In this document: positions 29,715-39,776 of the stretch, one piece after another
Numbering within the stretch: the first letter of the stretch is position 1
Layout: the number at the start of each line of letters is the position of its first letter
From: a virus
DNA: 64,000 nt
IMG/VR virus record: IMGVR_UViG_3300027759_000003
Span: 45,758-109,757 of that record
Strand: one strand, 5' to 3'
Program-made: the position numbers and the translations under genes
Notes under the pieces: model-generated
Seen by the model: the letters and a program-made list of their open reading frames with translations, nothing else
The model's database searches: none
Told to the model about the DNA's origin: nothing

Positions 29715-30334
29715 ATTATCTCCCTCCTGCATTTGCCAAGGCTTGGGCTATGATACGCTGCCTAACATCTTCTTGGCTTCTTTCAAATTTAGACATACTG
29801 TGATATGGTTTGTTAGCCATACGCTTTTTGTTCTTGGCATACCGTCTTAGTTTTCGCTGGGAAATAATCGCATTGTTTTTTTTCATATTATAAGTGTATC
29901 ACGCTTTGAGTTCGGCGGCAAATAGGAGGTAACAAACCTTCCCCTGCCCGACACGGGCAATAGCGGTTAATATTACAGGTATGCCTGATTTAAGAAATCA
30001 TCTGCCCAAAAGGAAGCAAGGGATTCATCCCCAATATCATTAAAGTAATAACGATTTTTTTCAATGCTGTATGTCCACCCTTTCCAAAGATTAACATCTT
30101 CTTCTGCCCAAGTAAGGTTTGTATCCATTAATTCATGCATTTCGATACCTCCAGTTTAGCAGAGTATAAACAAACTCTCCGTACCACTTATTAGAACAAC
30201 GTCTAATACCCTTTTCCCCATAATGATCGTACATGAATAAGGTTAATCTAACCTTATCCTTTGTCCTAATAAACCTTCCGCAATTAATACAGGATTGAAA
30301 GATATACTGGTTAATTGGTTTGTCATAATCTACA

Positions 30335-30703
30335 TTACCCATTGTGCCACTTCCAATTTGATATAAAACCTTTATCTTGTTCATTTAATTCAACCCAAAG
30401 ATTAACATTTTTATTGACCACTGGTAAACCACCACTTTCATCTGATTTTCTAGCCTTTGCCTTTTGTTTGGGTACAAAGGTTTTATTATATTTTTTACGT
30501 TGTTTTTTATTTAATTTATGAGTTTTGACATGAGTGTCAGGAGCGCTAGGATCTGGAGCAATTAAAGGTTTGTTATAAACAGGTCTAGACCAGTTAGCAG
30601 GTGTCCCAAAGGCAGTAGCCTCAATAGCGGATTTACTTCTATTAAGGCTAGCCCTTGCTCGTTCTTCTGCTTCAGACCAATCTATTTCTTTTTTAGATTT
30701 CAT
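30335..30703 (-). CDS. Basic hypothetical protein
   Basis: ORF track. Confidence 0.6.
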   Translation of the reverse strand: MKSKKEIDWSEAEERARASLNRSKSAIEATAFGTPANWSRPVYNKPLIAPDPSAPDTHVKTHKLNKKQRKKYNKTFVPKQKAKARKSDESGGLPVVNKNVNLWVELNEQDKGFISNWKWHNG

Positions 30704-30938
30704 TATTAATAAGCAGGTTCAAATGATTCAAAAGCCTTTGGAAAGTAACTTTGAATTATTTTATGAACTTTGTCGTTTTCAATATAGAAAAGTCCACCTG
30801 ATTTTTCATTGCTAAACATTTCTTGCATTATTTCATGTATCATTTCTGTTGTCATAGTTTTCCCCTTTGTTTACATTAAGCATACCACAAATCGGCGGGA
30901 ATAGCAAGAAGGATCGTAATATCACAGGTAGTAAACAG

Positions 30939-31559
30939 TTATATCTTTTTAATCCAATATTGATGGTTCATAGCCATTGTTTCTATTTGATTTTTGTATT
31001 TTTCAACAAATGACAAAATAGCAGTTCTAGGTCTTAGATGAGCAGGTTTTTCATCACCCCAAGAGTAGTCATCAAATGACATGATTCCACCAGCCTTTAG
31101 TAATGGCCAAGACAGTTCGGCATCACTTAATACGCTGCTGGCAACATGATCTGCATCAATATAAATAAAATCATAGGTGTTATTTTTGGTGTTTTCAGCA
31201 TTTAAAAAATCAAAGGTCGTGGATCTTTTACTATGAACACGAGGAGAAAATTGTTCCATCCTACTTAAATATAATTGATAGACATCTTCAAAGTCATAAT
31301 TATCATGAACATCGCTTTCAGCAGATGATCCTAGCCAAGTATCAACATCTGTTAAATGTGAGGTTTCATGGGTTAATACATTTTTCATTAACCATTTGCT
31401 TGTGTCTCCAGTAAAAACACCTAATTGAAGATAATTTAAGTTAGGCTTATCTTTATACTCAGACAAGAATTCTTCAAAGTTATATTTGCCTGTATATGAA
31501 AACCAATTAGGATAGTGACCTTTACCAAACCTTGATCCCAGCCAACCAGTATTAGACAT
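30939..31559 (-). CDS. Class I SAM-dependent methyltransferase (Methyltransf_24-like)
   Basis: LQLGVFTG, VDTW, YDFIYIDADH, LKAGGIMSFDDY. Confidence 0.88.
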   Translation of the reverse strand: MSNTGWLGSRFGKGHYPNWFSYTGKYNFEEFLSEYKDKPNLNYLQLGVFTGDTSKWLMKNVLTHETSHLTDVDTWLGSSAESDVHDNYDFEDVYQLYLSRMEQFSPRVHSKRSTTFDFLNAENTKNNTYDFIYIDADHVASSVLSDAELSWPLLKAGGIMSFDDYSWGDEKPAHLRPRTAILSFVEKYKNQIETMAMNHQYWIKKI

Positions 31560-31569
31560 AAACTTATTG

Positions 31570-32310
31570 TATCCTATTTTTGGCGGGTACAGAAGGAGTA
31601 TCGTAATCCCCAGTGTAATAACAAACCTTATATCCCCATAGCCCCATATCCCAGATAGCCAGATATGTCTGGTTTGGGAACCAACGAGATGGTTAAATAC
31701 CGTCGCAAATAGGGCTTGGAAGGCTTTTAAATAGGTGGTTTGGAGGTTTGGTATGAAAGATAATCCTTACTGACATTTTTTAGATTGGGTTAGAATGGAG
31801 GAAAGTGGAGCATAGTGGGGGATTGGGCGATTTTATAGATGGCGTCGTAATCCTCTGGCGGCCAAACCTCCCTATCCCAAACCTTCCTATCTCCATATGC
31901 GGCATGCATTATATACCCAAAAGCAAGGTTTGTCAAGTAAAAAACCCCTATAAAAACATAACAAAAAAGTTATAAAAGTATTAAAAAACCAGGGAAAAAG
32001 TATAGAAAGGTTTGGTAATTATGGGAATAGTTTGTATAAATCTGGGATTTTTTTTGCCCCTTCGTAATGTGTTATTATACTATCAATCAGCGCCGCCACG
32101 GGCGGCAGAAATGGGCGGGGATAAAAAGATATACCCATACCCCTAGTATAAGAGAGATGAATCTGGAAAATATTTCAAACCTTCGTAATGTCTTTTTAGA
32201 AAATAAGGTTTGGAAGGTTTGGCTATCAATGGGGAAAATATTTTGATGGATCGTAATGTCTTTTTCGTAAATAAGGTTTGGAGGTTTGGTAATTGATACC
32301 GGGTTTTTCC
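31570..32310. repeat. Non-coding repeat-rich region (GGTTTGG and TCGTAAT motifs); candidate origin or regulatory hub
   Basis: No ORF of 60 aa or more; about 10 GGTTTG(G)/CAAACC; imperfect ~60-bp duplication 32163-32222 / 32231-32289. Confidence 0.7.
31795..31827 (+). promoter_or_regulatory. MraZ-box-like triple repeat
   Basis: ATGGAG-GAAA-GTGGAG-CATA-GTGGGG, 10-bp period. Confidence 0.55.
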
Positions 32311-32430
32311 TATGCTGGTAGGCGATCTTTAATTAAGTTAGCAATGATGTTGTGTGCCTGGTCCACTTCATGTAGAGAGCCAGACCATAGCAACTGTTGG
32401 GCTTTAAGTAACTGTTCATCTAAATAGTTA

Positions 32431-32715
32431 TTACTCAGTTCCATTGTTCTTCTCCTCTGCACTCTCAAAGACCTCATCTAAATCAGAGAAGCCAGTATCC
32501 TCTAGGTTTAACCCTGCTAAGAATAGTGCCCATGTTTCTGTTATATACCGTGCCCCGTCATCTGCTACCTCACAAAGGTTCTCAGAAACAAAGTAAGCAA
32601 GCGGTAGCCCTAAGTCATTAAACTCTATGAAGTCTTTAAACTCTTCATCATCTTTATATACGGAATAAAGTTTTCCTAAAATCTCACATACATTACGGAA
32701 GTCGGTCACTATCAT
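32431..32715 (-). CDS. Acidic hypothetical protein
   Basis: DFIEFNDLGLPLAY motif. Confidence 0.7.
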   Translation of the reverse strand: MIVTDFRNVCEILGKLYSVYKDDEEFKDFIEFNDLGLPLAYFVSENLCEVADDGARYITETWALFLAGLNLEDTGFSDLDEVFESAEEKNNGTE

Positions 32716-32926
32716 ACCCCAATCTGTTTTGCTCTATCTTGTCCTCTTGGAACTTAGCACTTTCTAATACTTCTAATGACCTGCGATAAATTAAATAAGG
32801 AGTTGCCCTAGCCAAATAATAGCCAACCTTTTCTAAGTCAAGGTAAAAGTCAGATAGCAATTTGCCAATTCCAACCGCAACCTTTTCCTCATTGGTCTGT
32901 CGCTTTACTCTGTTAATACGATACAT
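32693..32926 (-). CDS. Hypothetical protein
   Basis: ORF track. Confidence 0.7.
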   Translation of the reverse strand: MYRINRVKRQTNEEKVAVGIGKLLSDFYLDLEKVGYYLARATPYLIYRRSLEVLESAKFQEDKIEQNRLGYDSDRLP

Positions 32927-33000
32927 GAAACCCCTATCTAAATTATACCAAAGGAAAAGGGAGAGCGCAACCCACCACAGTTAACGCCCTCCCCATATTG

Positions 33001-33399
33001 CTAGCGAGAGGTGACCCCAACCTCCGCTGATGAAGCCCCCACAGTGGAGAGAGCACTGCTGGGCAAATTATAAGTAATAAAACTATCAATGTCTTTGTGG
33101 TCTACACCATCATGACTAATAGTATTATCTGTGAGATCGATTAATATTGGATGGTCCGCAAACCCTAAGTCATTAGGATTGCAGGCATAGATACCAAACC
33201 CTGTTTCCTCCAAGATGGAGTCTTGCATCAAATAACTAATAGCCATGCGGGTATAGTATTCTGTATCACCTTTACGTACCGCTGCATGCTGCAGGGCCTG
33301 AGCAAGATCTTGATACATGCTGTCTTCACCCCAATGGCTATACAGCGCTACTGCTAGATCCTCTGATTGTTTAAATATGAATGTACAACGTGCTCCCAT
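33001..33399 (-). CDS. Conserved phage hypothetical protein
   Basis: MGAR...LYSHWG...YYTRMAI. Confidence 0.7.
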   Translation of the reverse strand: MGARCTFIFKQSEDLAVALYSHWGEDSMYQDLAQALQHAAVRKGDTEYYTRMAISYLMQDSILEETGFGIYACNPNDLGFADHPILIDLTDNTISHDGVDHKDIDSFITYNLPSSALSTVGASSAEVGVTSR

Positions 33400-33544
33400 T
33401 ATGCATCCGTCCTTTCAGGTATGATTGATATTTGGTTTGTTATCTCATTAAAGATATCGTTCTCGTCTTCGGTGTCAGTCTCATATTCAAAATTCATATA
33501 AGTACCTGTTGGCTCAAAGATTATTTCAACATCCCATGTAGCCA

Positions 33545-33862
33545 TTATAGGTCCCCTTCAAAATCGATTACAACTTTAGAAACTCTGCCGTCATCGTTCA
33601 TCTGAACATATACTGGATATAGCCCATCGCCATAACCTGTATTAAATACTACTGCCGTGCCATTACCTAACTCGCCATATGAATTAGCAAGGGTAGTAGC
33701 ACTAGCACCATGATAAGAGTATTGACCTTCTTTGCCGTCAATATTCCAATCATCATTTTTGTTGGTATCCCAATTATCAATATAGCATGGGTCGCCTACC
33801 ATGGCCTGACCGCTATCAACTGCAAAATGTCCTGCTAAGATTAAATCTTTTGTTTTTATCAT
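33545..33862 (-). CDS. DUF4241-like protein
   Basis: AVDSGQAMVGDPCY and TGYGDGLYPVY. Confidence 0.7.
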   Translation of the reverse strand: MIKTKDLILAGHFAVDSGQAMVGDPCYIDNWDTNKNDDWNIDGKEGQYSYHGASATTLANSYGELGNGTAVVFNTGYGDGLYPVYVQMNDDGRVSKVVIDFEGDL

Positions 33863-33871
33863 TAGGTCTCC

Positions 33872-34435
33872 TTAGAAGTGGAAGTCAACTGGTACTAGAT
33901 ATTGTCTCACGGCTCGATCAGGTTTGTCAAGTCGCTCATCTAAATACTCGAATTCAGAGACATGTTCTTGAAGGTCGTAAAACCCACTGTCGGATGTCCA
34001 AGAGCCCATGAGCATTTCTGCTGCTTGTTTAATAGAATAAACATTCATTAGGGTATCTCCGTTCCAGGGACCCCTGCCACCCTCTGAAGCATAGTCGACC
34101 ATTTGACTAATAAACTTATCAGTCTTAATCTCTACTATGTTCCTGTTCATGGTTTGAGAGCGGAACCTTAAGATATCCTTAACTACTTCTTGGAACTTTT
34201 CTTTATTTTCAGCATAGCCAATAACATCAGTAGGGTCATCGTTATAACCCCCCATAAGGTTGTTTTCGCTTTTTTTGTTGGCATTAGTACTCCACCTTCC
34301 TCCACCTACGACGTGCCAATCTGACCAGTCTGCTAGGCGATATCCGTCTTCGTTTGATTGCAGGCTTACAACAACTTTGTCAAAAGCCTCTTGCTTGCTA
34401 TCTGCTTCAACTGCTATATAGTGTAGGGTATGCAC
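33872..34435 (-). CDS. Conserved phage hypothetical protein
   Basis: WSDWHVVGGGRW...VPVDFHF. Confidence 0.75.
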   Translation of the reverse strand: MHTLHYIAVEADSKQEAFDKVVVSLQSNEDGYRLADWSDWHVVGGGRWSTNANKKSENNLMGGYNDDPTDVIGYAENKEKFQEVVKDILRFRSQTMNRNIVEIKTDKFISQMVDYASEGGRGPWNGDTLMNVYSIKQAAEMLMGSWTSDSGFYDLQEHVSEFEYLDERLDKPDRAVRQYLVPVDFHF

Positions 34436-34758
34436 TATTCGTCCCTTCCCTCAATTAGTTGTATCTGATAGTACTGTTTGTCATCGTAGGGCACGGTAGT
34501 TACAAAGTAACCAATCCTATTAACCATATGCATACCGTCACAGATATAAGTTCCACCGTCATCTCCGTCACAGTAAGTCCAAACAGTATTAGGATGTAGA
34601 AACACATGGTCTCTAACAAACTCTACCTCGTCACCATATGTCTCAAACATATAGCCGTGCTCACCGTCATTGAATGAGGCATTCTCGTCTAAATGGTTTG
34701 GTATAGGCTTGAACTGTTTAAACCATTCATCCTCTGTAAGTTTTACTAACTTGGGCAT
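34435..34758 (-). CDS. Conserved phage hypothetical protein
   Basis: MFETYG, VWT, VNRIGYFVT. Confidence 0.75.
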   Translation of the reverse strand: MPKLVKLTEDEWFKQFKPIPNHLDENASFNDGEHGYMFETYGDEVEFVRDHVFLHPNTVWTYCDGDDGGTYICDGMHMVNRIGYFVTTVPYDDKQYYQIQLIEGRDE

Positions 34759-34788
34759 TGGGCTTCTTTCTCTAGGGTTCTTAATACA

Positions 34789-34843
34789 ATTTTACTACGA
34801 ACTGGGAAAAATTACAAGGTATCGTAAGGTGATCTACATCACA
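34789..34843 (-). promoter_or_regulatory. Promoter TTGTAA-17-TAAAAT with bipartite phage motif and upstream CRP-like box
   Basis: -10 at 34789-34794, -35 at 34812-34817, GGTGA-N6-TCACA at 34828-34843. Confidence 0.7.
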
Positions 34844-35477
34844 CTGCTTTGGCTTGCTCCCCAATAGGTTTGAGGGTTCTCTTCAAGAAGTCCCCTAATA
34901 CTATTAATAACCTCTTCGTCAGACATGATCTCTCCGTCTGTGTTTATAAGTTCCATAATCTTATCTATGATCTCACCGTGGTCCATTAGTCTTCATCCTC
35001 ATCTTCATCAATTACATATGCAACATTAGACTGACCCTCGTGAAATGAAGGTGGGTCTTGCCATATACCCCAAGATAAAGAACTATCAGATAGGCCCTCT
35101 GACACTAAGTCTCCACCAAATTGCGATGAATATGTTTTAGTCACATTACCCATAGTATGTGTTCTCATCTATGTAACCTTCTGCTAACAAACCTTCAAAG
35201 AAGTCCCATATGGTTAATAGGCCTTGCTTTACTTTTGGGTCGGTAGCGGAATCAATAGCAACAGTTAAACTATTACCAAATTCTTGTATATCCTTGTATG
35301 TATAACCTAACATTATCTATCATACTCCTTAATCAAATTCATCGCAAAGTGAAGACAACAATCGCAGTCTCCATTATTCATGCTATATATAAAGTCAAAA
35401 TGTTCAGAGTTGTCCTCATATATATTCATTATTAGGCCGTCTATGGTTAGTGGTTTGTTAATTGTGGTCATGTTAAT

Positions 35478-35516
35478 ATTTTACAGGAAACTGGGGAAAA
35501 AGTCAATCTTTCTTAA
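35478..35516 (-). promoter_or_regulatory. Promoter TTGACT-17-TAAAAT
   Basis: Near-consensus hexamers; TTTTCCCCAG in the spacer. Confidence 0.75.
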
Positions 35517-35559
35517 TGAAACAATCATGTGTTATTATTTAAAGAAAGAAAACCCGGAG

Positions 35560-35633
35560 CGGCTCTGATGGGACTTGAACCCACGATCTCTACCGTGACA
35601 GGGTAGCGCATTAACCAACTATGCTACAGAACC
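35560..35633 (-). tRNA. tRNA-Asp(GTC)
   Basis: Reverse complement: GGTTCTG/CAGAGCC acceptor, CTACC-CTGTCAC-GGTAG anticodon arm, GTTCAAGTC. Confidence 0.92.
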
Positions 35634-35638
35634 AATGG

Positions 35639-35663
35639 TGAGCAGTTTTAAATCATGCTCAGG
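35639..35663 (-). ncRNA. Conserved 3'-UTR hairpin motif
   Basis: CC-TGAGCA-TG-ATTT-AAAAC-TGCTCA. Confidence 0.65.
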
Positions 35664-35671
35664 ATTTTTTA

Positions 35672-36688
35672 CTAAACTAGTTGCAAAGTTTTTTGCACAA
35701 CAGTTAGCAAACGATTTTTTTCTGCATTAGTTGCAGGGTCAAATCCAGAAGCAGCAGCAAACATGCTTTCGCCATTTGCACTACGAGATGAACGATACCA
35801 GTCTAAACGCTCAGTAAGTGCATTAAATGCGCCCCAAGCATTACCAGCAATCATGCCATTAAAATCACCAGTATAAATATCGTTAATCATATTTACCTTG
35901 TTTTCCCATTTCTTGATTGCACCCTTAGTATCTAATTCAGGTTTTGGATAAGCAGCAAGAATAATATCATTGAAATCTTTCGCTGATATTTCTTTTTGTA
36001 TCATAGCATGAGCCATCTTGTCGAATTCGTCCATGTATGAGTTAGCCATACCTAGTGCTTGACGAGCAACAGCAACCTTGCCATTGGCAGTTTGTGTATG
36101 ACGGATTTTGAAAGATTGCTTGACGCCATCTTTTTTCTTAGTACGATTGAGTGCAACATTAAGAGTGTTAGCGCACACAACACGAACGGGAGTGATAGAA
36201 GCCTGAATTGCAATAGAGCCATCATGGCTAGTGTTAATAAGCAAATAAGTTTTAACCTTATCCGCAACACCATTTGGGTCTAATACAGTTTCACGCTCTA
36301 AAGCAAGAGAGCCAAATACTACACGACCACCCTTAAGAGAGCCAGCAGTTTCCCAACGACCTCCACCATCAAGAATGTTATCGCCAAATGCAAATAACTC
36401 TTCATTTTGTAGTGGTGTGTATCGCTCACCAACAATTCCCAAAACATCAGTTTGAGATTTATCAGTTGGGTTTGTACGAACAACATATTGATATTGTTTG
36501 TCAGATACTAAACTAGATGGGATTTCTAAATCCTCTAGTCTAACATTCCAATTATTTAAGTTAGCAGCAACAAGCATTTCACTTGTATTTTTTTCAGTAT
36601 CAAATACTGTGCCAAGATTGTGCCATGCAGGCTCTCTAAATGAAGCAAAACTTGCTACGCCATTTTGAGTTTCTAAATCATGAGCCAT
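35672..36688 (-). CDS. DUF932/DUF945 (TIGR03299) phage/plasmid protein
   Basis: PAWHNLG, YTPLQN, ETAGSLKGG, NTSHDGS, TPVRVVCANTL, NAWGAFNALTE. Confidence 0.92.
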   Translation of the reverse strand: MAHDLETQNGVASFASFREPAWHNLGTVFDTEKNTSEMLVAANLNNWNVRLEDLEIPSSLVSDKQYQYVVRTNPTDKSQTDVLGIVGERYTPLQNEELFAFGDNILDGGGRWETAGSLKGGRVVFGSLALERETVLDPNGVADKVKTYLLINTSHDGSIAIQASITPVRVVCANTLNVALNRTKKKDGVKQSFKIRHTQTANGKVAVARQALGMANSYMDEFDKMAHAMIQKEISAKDFNDIILAAYPKPELDTKGAIKKWENKVNMINDIYTGDFNGMIAGNAWGAFNALTERLDWYRSSRSANGESMFAAASGFDPATNAEKNRLLTVVQKTLQLV

Positions 36689-36714
36689 TTTTATCCTTTC
36701 GGTTGTTTTAACTA

Positions 36715-36743
36715 AGTTTAGCAGTCATGACAGCCAATGTCAA
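36715..36743 (-). promoter_or_regulatory. Promoter TTGACA-17-(TGC)TAAACT
   Basis: Consensus -35 and extended -10. Confidence 0.75.
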
Positions 36744-36819
36744 ATAGGATTGGGGAAAATGGTTTAATCTTCTTAATTGGTATAAATCGGACATTTCGGG
36801 CGGGGCCGGGTTTTTGTTA

Positions 36820-36845
36820 GGGCCAGTTTTACGTCTTGGCCCACG
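36820..36845 (-). ncRNA. Conserved 3'-UTR hairpin motif (covariant copy)
   Basis: GGGCCA-AG-ACGT-AAAAC-TGGCCC. Confidence 0.6.
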
Positions 36846-36905
36846 ACGTTGATAGCCCCCTATCAAATTTAAGCGGTCCCTGCAGCGGATGCTACAGATC
36901 TCTTA

Positions 36906-37370
36906 TTAGTTCTCCTCAAGTGACACATCGTCTACAGTTAAGTCAGCGTCATAGTCATATGAACTTAATTCTGCATCAATGGTTACACTGCTTAGATCAA
37001 AGTCTTCAATCTCATCCAATGGGATGTTAATAGTTCCACTGAATGTAACGGTGCCGTATACACTCATTTGCTTTACAGGATTAAGATTAAAGTGTTGTGT
37101 TAGCGCTTTTAAAACTTCTTCTTTAGAATAGTTTGGGTCATACCATTCAGGAATTTGATCTTCAAGCCATGAGATGTCTAAACGACGCTCTGCTGCTAGA
37201 TTGGCATTAGTTCTGCCTTGATGTAGTTCCCATTCAAGATCAGTAACTTTATCAGTCATGAATGTAGGGCTTTCAGGTGCTGCATAGGTGTCAGGTATAG
37301 CCTTGTAGGTTACAAGTAGGTTAGGATTGTATGGAACAGATAACTGCTCCTGTGTCATTACTTCGCTCAT
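36906..37370 (-). CDS. Acidic hypothetical protein
   Basis: AAGGA RBS before MSEV. Confidence 0.7.
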   Translation of the reverse strand: MSEVMTQEQLSVPYNPNLLVTYKAIPDTYAAPESPTFMTDKVTDLEWELHQGRTNANLAAERRLDISWLEDQIPEWYDPNYSKEEVLKALTQHFNLNPVKQMSVYGTVTFSGTINIPLDEIEDFDLSSVTIDAELSSYDYDADLTVDDVSLEEN

Positions 37371-37440
37371 TAGGGGTTCCTTTTCTGTTAATACAATAAT
37401 ATCATCAAGATTGTGGGAATGCAAGTTCAGTTCTTAATTA

Positions 37441-37472
37441 GTCTCACATAATGAGATGTGATTTAGATCACG
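37441..37472. promoter_or_regulatory. Composite operator: RTCTCA-N5-TGAGAT plus CRP-like box
   Basis: GTCTCA-cataa-TGAGA-TGTGA-tttaga-TCACG; same arrangement at 38605-38636. Confidence 0.65.
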
Positions 37473-37505
37473 CTGCCCCGGATTTTTGCGGGGGGCAATT
37501 AAAGA

Positions 37506-37531
37506 TGAGCAGTTTAGAACTCATGCTCAGG
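37506..37531 (-). ncRNA. Conserved 3'-UTR hairpin motif
   Basis: CC-TGAGCA-TG-AGTTCT-AAAC-TGCTCA. Confidence 0.65.
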
Positions 37532-37585
37532 AGTCTTATCTCAGGAATAACTTAGCAATTAAGCCAAGTGCTTATCAGAGATAAA

Positions 37586-37756
37586 TTATTTAGTTGTGCT
37601 TACCATAGCAAGGCGTCTTGCGCCATTTGCTAATTGTAAGGATACTCTAGTGGTCTTAGAGTTGATAGGTGAGAACTTTACAATTCTACCTGTGATACCT
37701 GTTTTGCTTGTGGTGAATAAATCACCTAGTTGGTATGTGTATCCGCCTAGTGTCAT
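37586..37756 (-). CDS. Small basic beta-barrel protein, paralog of 38355-38525
   Basis: Not in ORF track: MTLGGYTYQLGDLFTTSKTGITGRIVKFSPINSKTTRVSLQL; AAGGA RBS. Confidence 0.7.
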   Translation of the reverse strand: MTLGGYTYQLGDLFTTSKTGITGRIVKFSPINSKTTRVSLQLANGARRLAMVSTTK

Positions 37757-37838
37757 GATTTTCCTTTTCTGTTGTGGTGGTTTGTTATATTAAGTATAAC
37801 ATTTTTGGGGGGGCAAGTCAAGAACCCCCCCAATACTA

Positions 37839-38261
37839 TTAGAGATAACGAGCAATAGCGTTATATGTGCTAGTGCTAACTGTTTCCTCGTCCGTCATTT
37901 TAAGGATACGGATAGCGTTCTCAAGTTCCTCTTTCATTTCACGATAAGTATGAGCATGGATTTGCTCAAAATTACGCTCAGGCTCTTTGGGAAAGTCTGC
38001 CTCATCTGTGATTAAATCAAAATCAACATTAAGGGTTTTGTTCCAAGAACGATAGTTAGTGCGTAGGTTTTCAGCCTTTGAGATGTTAGCAGTAGCAAAC
38101 TTAGCAACTTCTTTGCGCCATTTATCTACTTGCTTTTGGAACTTTGCTTCCAGTTCATCTTGATTTGTGTAGTCAGCATTTACTTGTGCTAACTTTGTTT
38201 CTAAGGCTTTGATAACCTTAGCAGTAGCGATTTTTACGCTGATGGGTTTGCTTCTTGCCAT
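37839..38261 (-). CDS. Hypothetical helical protein
   Basis: ORF track. Confidence 0.75.
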   Translation of the reverse strand: MARSKPISVKIATAKVIKALETKLAQVNADYTNQDELEAKFQKQVDKWRKEVAKFATANISKAENLRTNYRSWNKTLNVDFDLITDEADFPKEPERNFEQIHAHTYREMKEELENAIRILKMTDEETVSTSTYNAIARYL

Positions 38262-38308
38262 TTGGTTTGTTTCCGTTTCTGTTGGTGAGTTTGATGGGGG
38301 TATTAAGT

Positions 38309-38333
38309 TGAGCAGTTTCTCGTCATGCTCAGG
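38309..38333 (-). ncRNA. Conserved 3'-UTR hairpin motif
   Basis: CC-TGAGCA-TG-ACGAG-AAAC-TGCTCA. Confidence 0.65.
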
Positions 38334-38354
38334 ACTTTAGCCACTAGGCTAAGA

Positions 38355-38525
38355 TTAAGCGTTCTTTGCTGTCCAAGTTGTCCAGCGAGTTGAGCCATTA
38401 ACATCTAACTTAACTCTAACTGTGTTCTTGTTAGTTGGCACAATTTCGGTAATAGTTCCTACTACCTTTGATTTTTGTGATGTGTAGGTGTCGCCTACCT
38501 TGTATGTTGCGTTTGCTACGGACAT
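38355..38525 (-). CDS. Small basic beta-barrel protein
   Basis: AAGGAG RBS; TYKVGDTYTSQKSKVVGTITEI. Confidence 0.7.
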   Translation of the reverse strand: MSVANATYKVGDTYTSQKSKVVGTITEIVPTNKNTVRVKLDVNGSTRWTTWTAKNA

Positions 38526-38604
38526 GGTTCTCCTTCTTGTTGGTTTTTGCTTACTGTATAAGTCTAACATTTTTTGGTCAAAAATACAAATTATCTCATG
38601 GATA

Positions 38605-38636
38605 ATCTCATATATTGAGATGTGAGATATATCACA
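38605..38636. promoter_or_regulatory. Composite operator with perfect CRP box
   Basis: ATCTCA-tatat-TGAGA-TGTGA-gatata-TCACA. Confidence 0.7.
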
Positions 38637-38710
38637 CTTAATGCCCCATGCCTGAGAATAGGATATATAAGAATATAAGTGATAATACTATTAGTATCTC
38701 CATATGCCCC

Positions 38711-39439
38711 TTATTTCTTAGATGATGAAAAGACTATGTCGCTCTTAGAGTATACACACAAACCGCAAGATACGCAAGCCGAGCCAGCGCTTGAGATAAG
38801 TGGAATGGCTTTTAGGTTTTCAGGGCACTTAGCACCAGGTCGATTAAATAACTCCTTCATATCTGCCTGACCTATTGCAAAATTCTGTGCAAGGTATGCA
38901 AGGCGTATCCCATGATCTTTCTTTAAATTAACGCCTATCTGCTTATTCTCGCTGTCTGTTGAATAGTATAAGGATAGATTAGGAATATCCTTTAGCATTA
39001 CCGCTGCAGGCTGTACCCTTGTATATACCCAGAATTTTATATCTGTATTGTTAAGGATGATTTGTTTCCATGCTTTGGTGTACGTGTCATTAAAGAAATC
39101 ACCGTCCCAATGAATACGAAATAACAATGACGCATTTTTCTTTTCACAATCTTTTTTAAAATCATTAATCATATTCTGCAATAGATCAATCATAGTCGAT
39201 TCGTCAGCGTCTTTTAATAATTCCCAATTATGTATTAGGTTTGCCTTTACGGCTTTGTAAAGTTTTTCAAGTTTTCCTGCGTAGCAAACACTTTCACAAA
39301 CACTAGTGGCACCAGGGCATGAATAATTCTTTCCAGCGGGAAGACCGAACGTGTTTGCAATTGCGGCTTGCTTTCCATTTTTTGTAACAAGATTAGCAAC
39401 CTTTCTGTCAAATGATCTTTTTAATTGTGGTGTTGTCAT
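38711..39439 (-). CDS. GP88-like (radical-SAM-related Fe-S) phage protein
   Basis: FGLPAG..SCPGAT..C...CYA, FRIHWDGDF, FWVYTR, CxxCxxC. Confidence 0.8.
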   Translation of the reverse strand: MTTPQLKRSFDRKVANLVTKNGKQAAIANTFGLPAGKNYSCPGATSVCESVCYAGKLEKLYKAVKANLIHNWELLKDADESTMIDLLQNMINDFKKDCEKKNASLLFRIHWDGDFFNDTYTKAWKQIILNNTDIKFWVYTRVQPAAVMLKDIPNLSLYYSTDSENKQIGVNLKKDHGIRLAYLAQNFAIGQADMKELFNRPGAKCPENLKAIPLISSAGSACVSCGLCVYSKSDIVFSSSKK

Positions 39440-39445
39440 ATAAAT

Positions 39446-39484
39446 ATTTTAGCAGAATGTGGAGAAAATATCAAGTGTACGTAA
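39446..39484 (-). promoter_or_regulatory. Promoter TTGATA-17-(TGC)TAAAAT
   Basis: Hexamers at 39469-39474 and 39446-39451. Confidence 0.7.
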
Positions 39485-39542
39485 GGTACAAAACGGACAA
39501 ATCGGGCAGGGCCGGGTTTTTCTGCGGGGAAGTGCAGAAAAA

Positions 39543-39776
39543 TTATTCTAAGTGAACATACCAATCATAGTATTCATTATCAACTAACTGAGCGGTATCT
39601 TTTTCACCAAACTCATTTTGATACTCTGCATACCAAAAGTATTGGTCAGGATCAGATTCAATAGAAAGTATTTCAACTACCTCATCATTGTATCCAATAA
39701 AATCTCCAACCATCATCATAGAAGGTTTGAGAATATCTATTTTCTTTAATTCCATGTTCATCATTGTAGCAGCCAT
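39543..39776 (-). CDS. Hypothetical protein
   Basis: ORF track. Confidence 0.65.
   Translation of the reverse strand: MAATMMNMELKKIDILKPSMMMVGDFIGYNDEVVEILSIESDPDQYFWYAEYQNEFGEKDTAQLVDNEYYDWYVHLE

Noticed and set aside
36715-36736. A sixth PafBC promoter (TGGCTG-N10-TAAACT)
   Set aside because: Degenerate, and fully explained by a perfect TTGACA at 17-bp spacing
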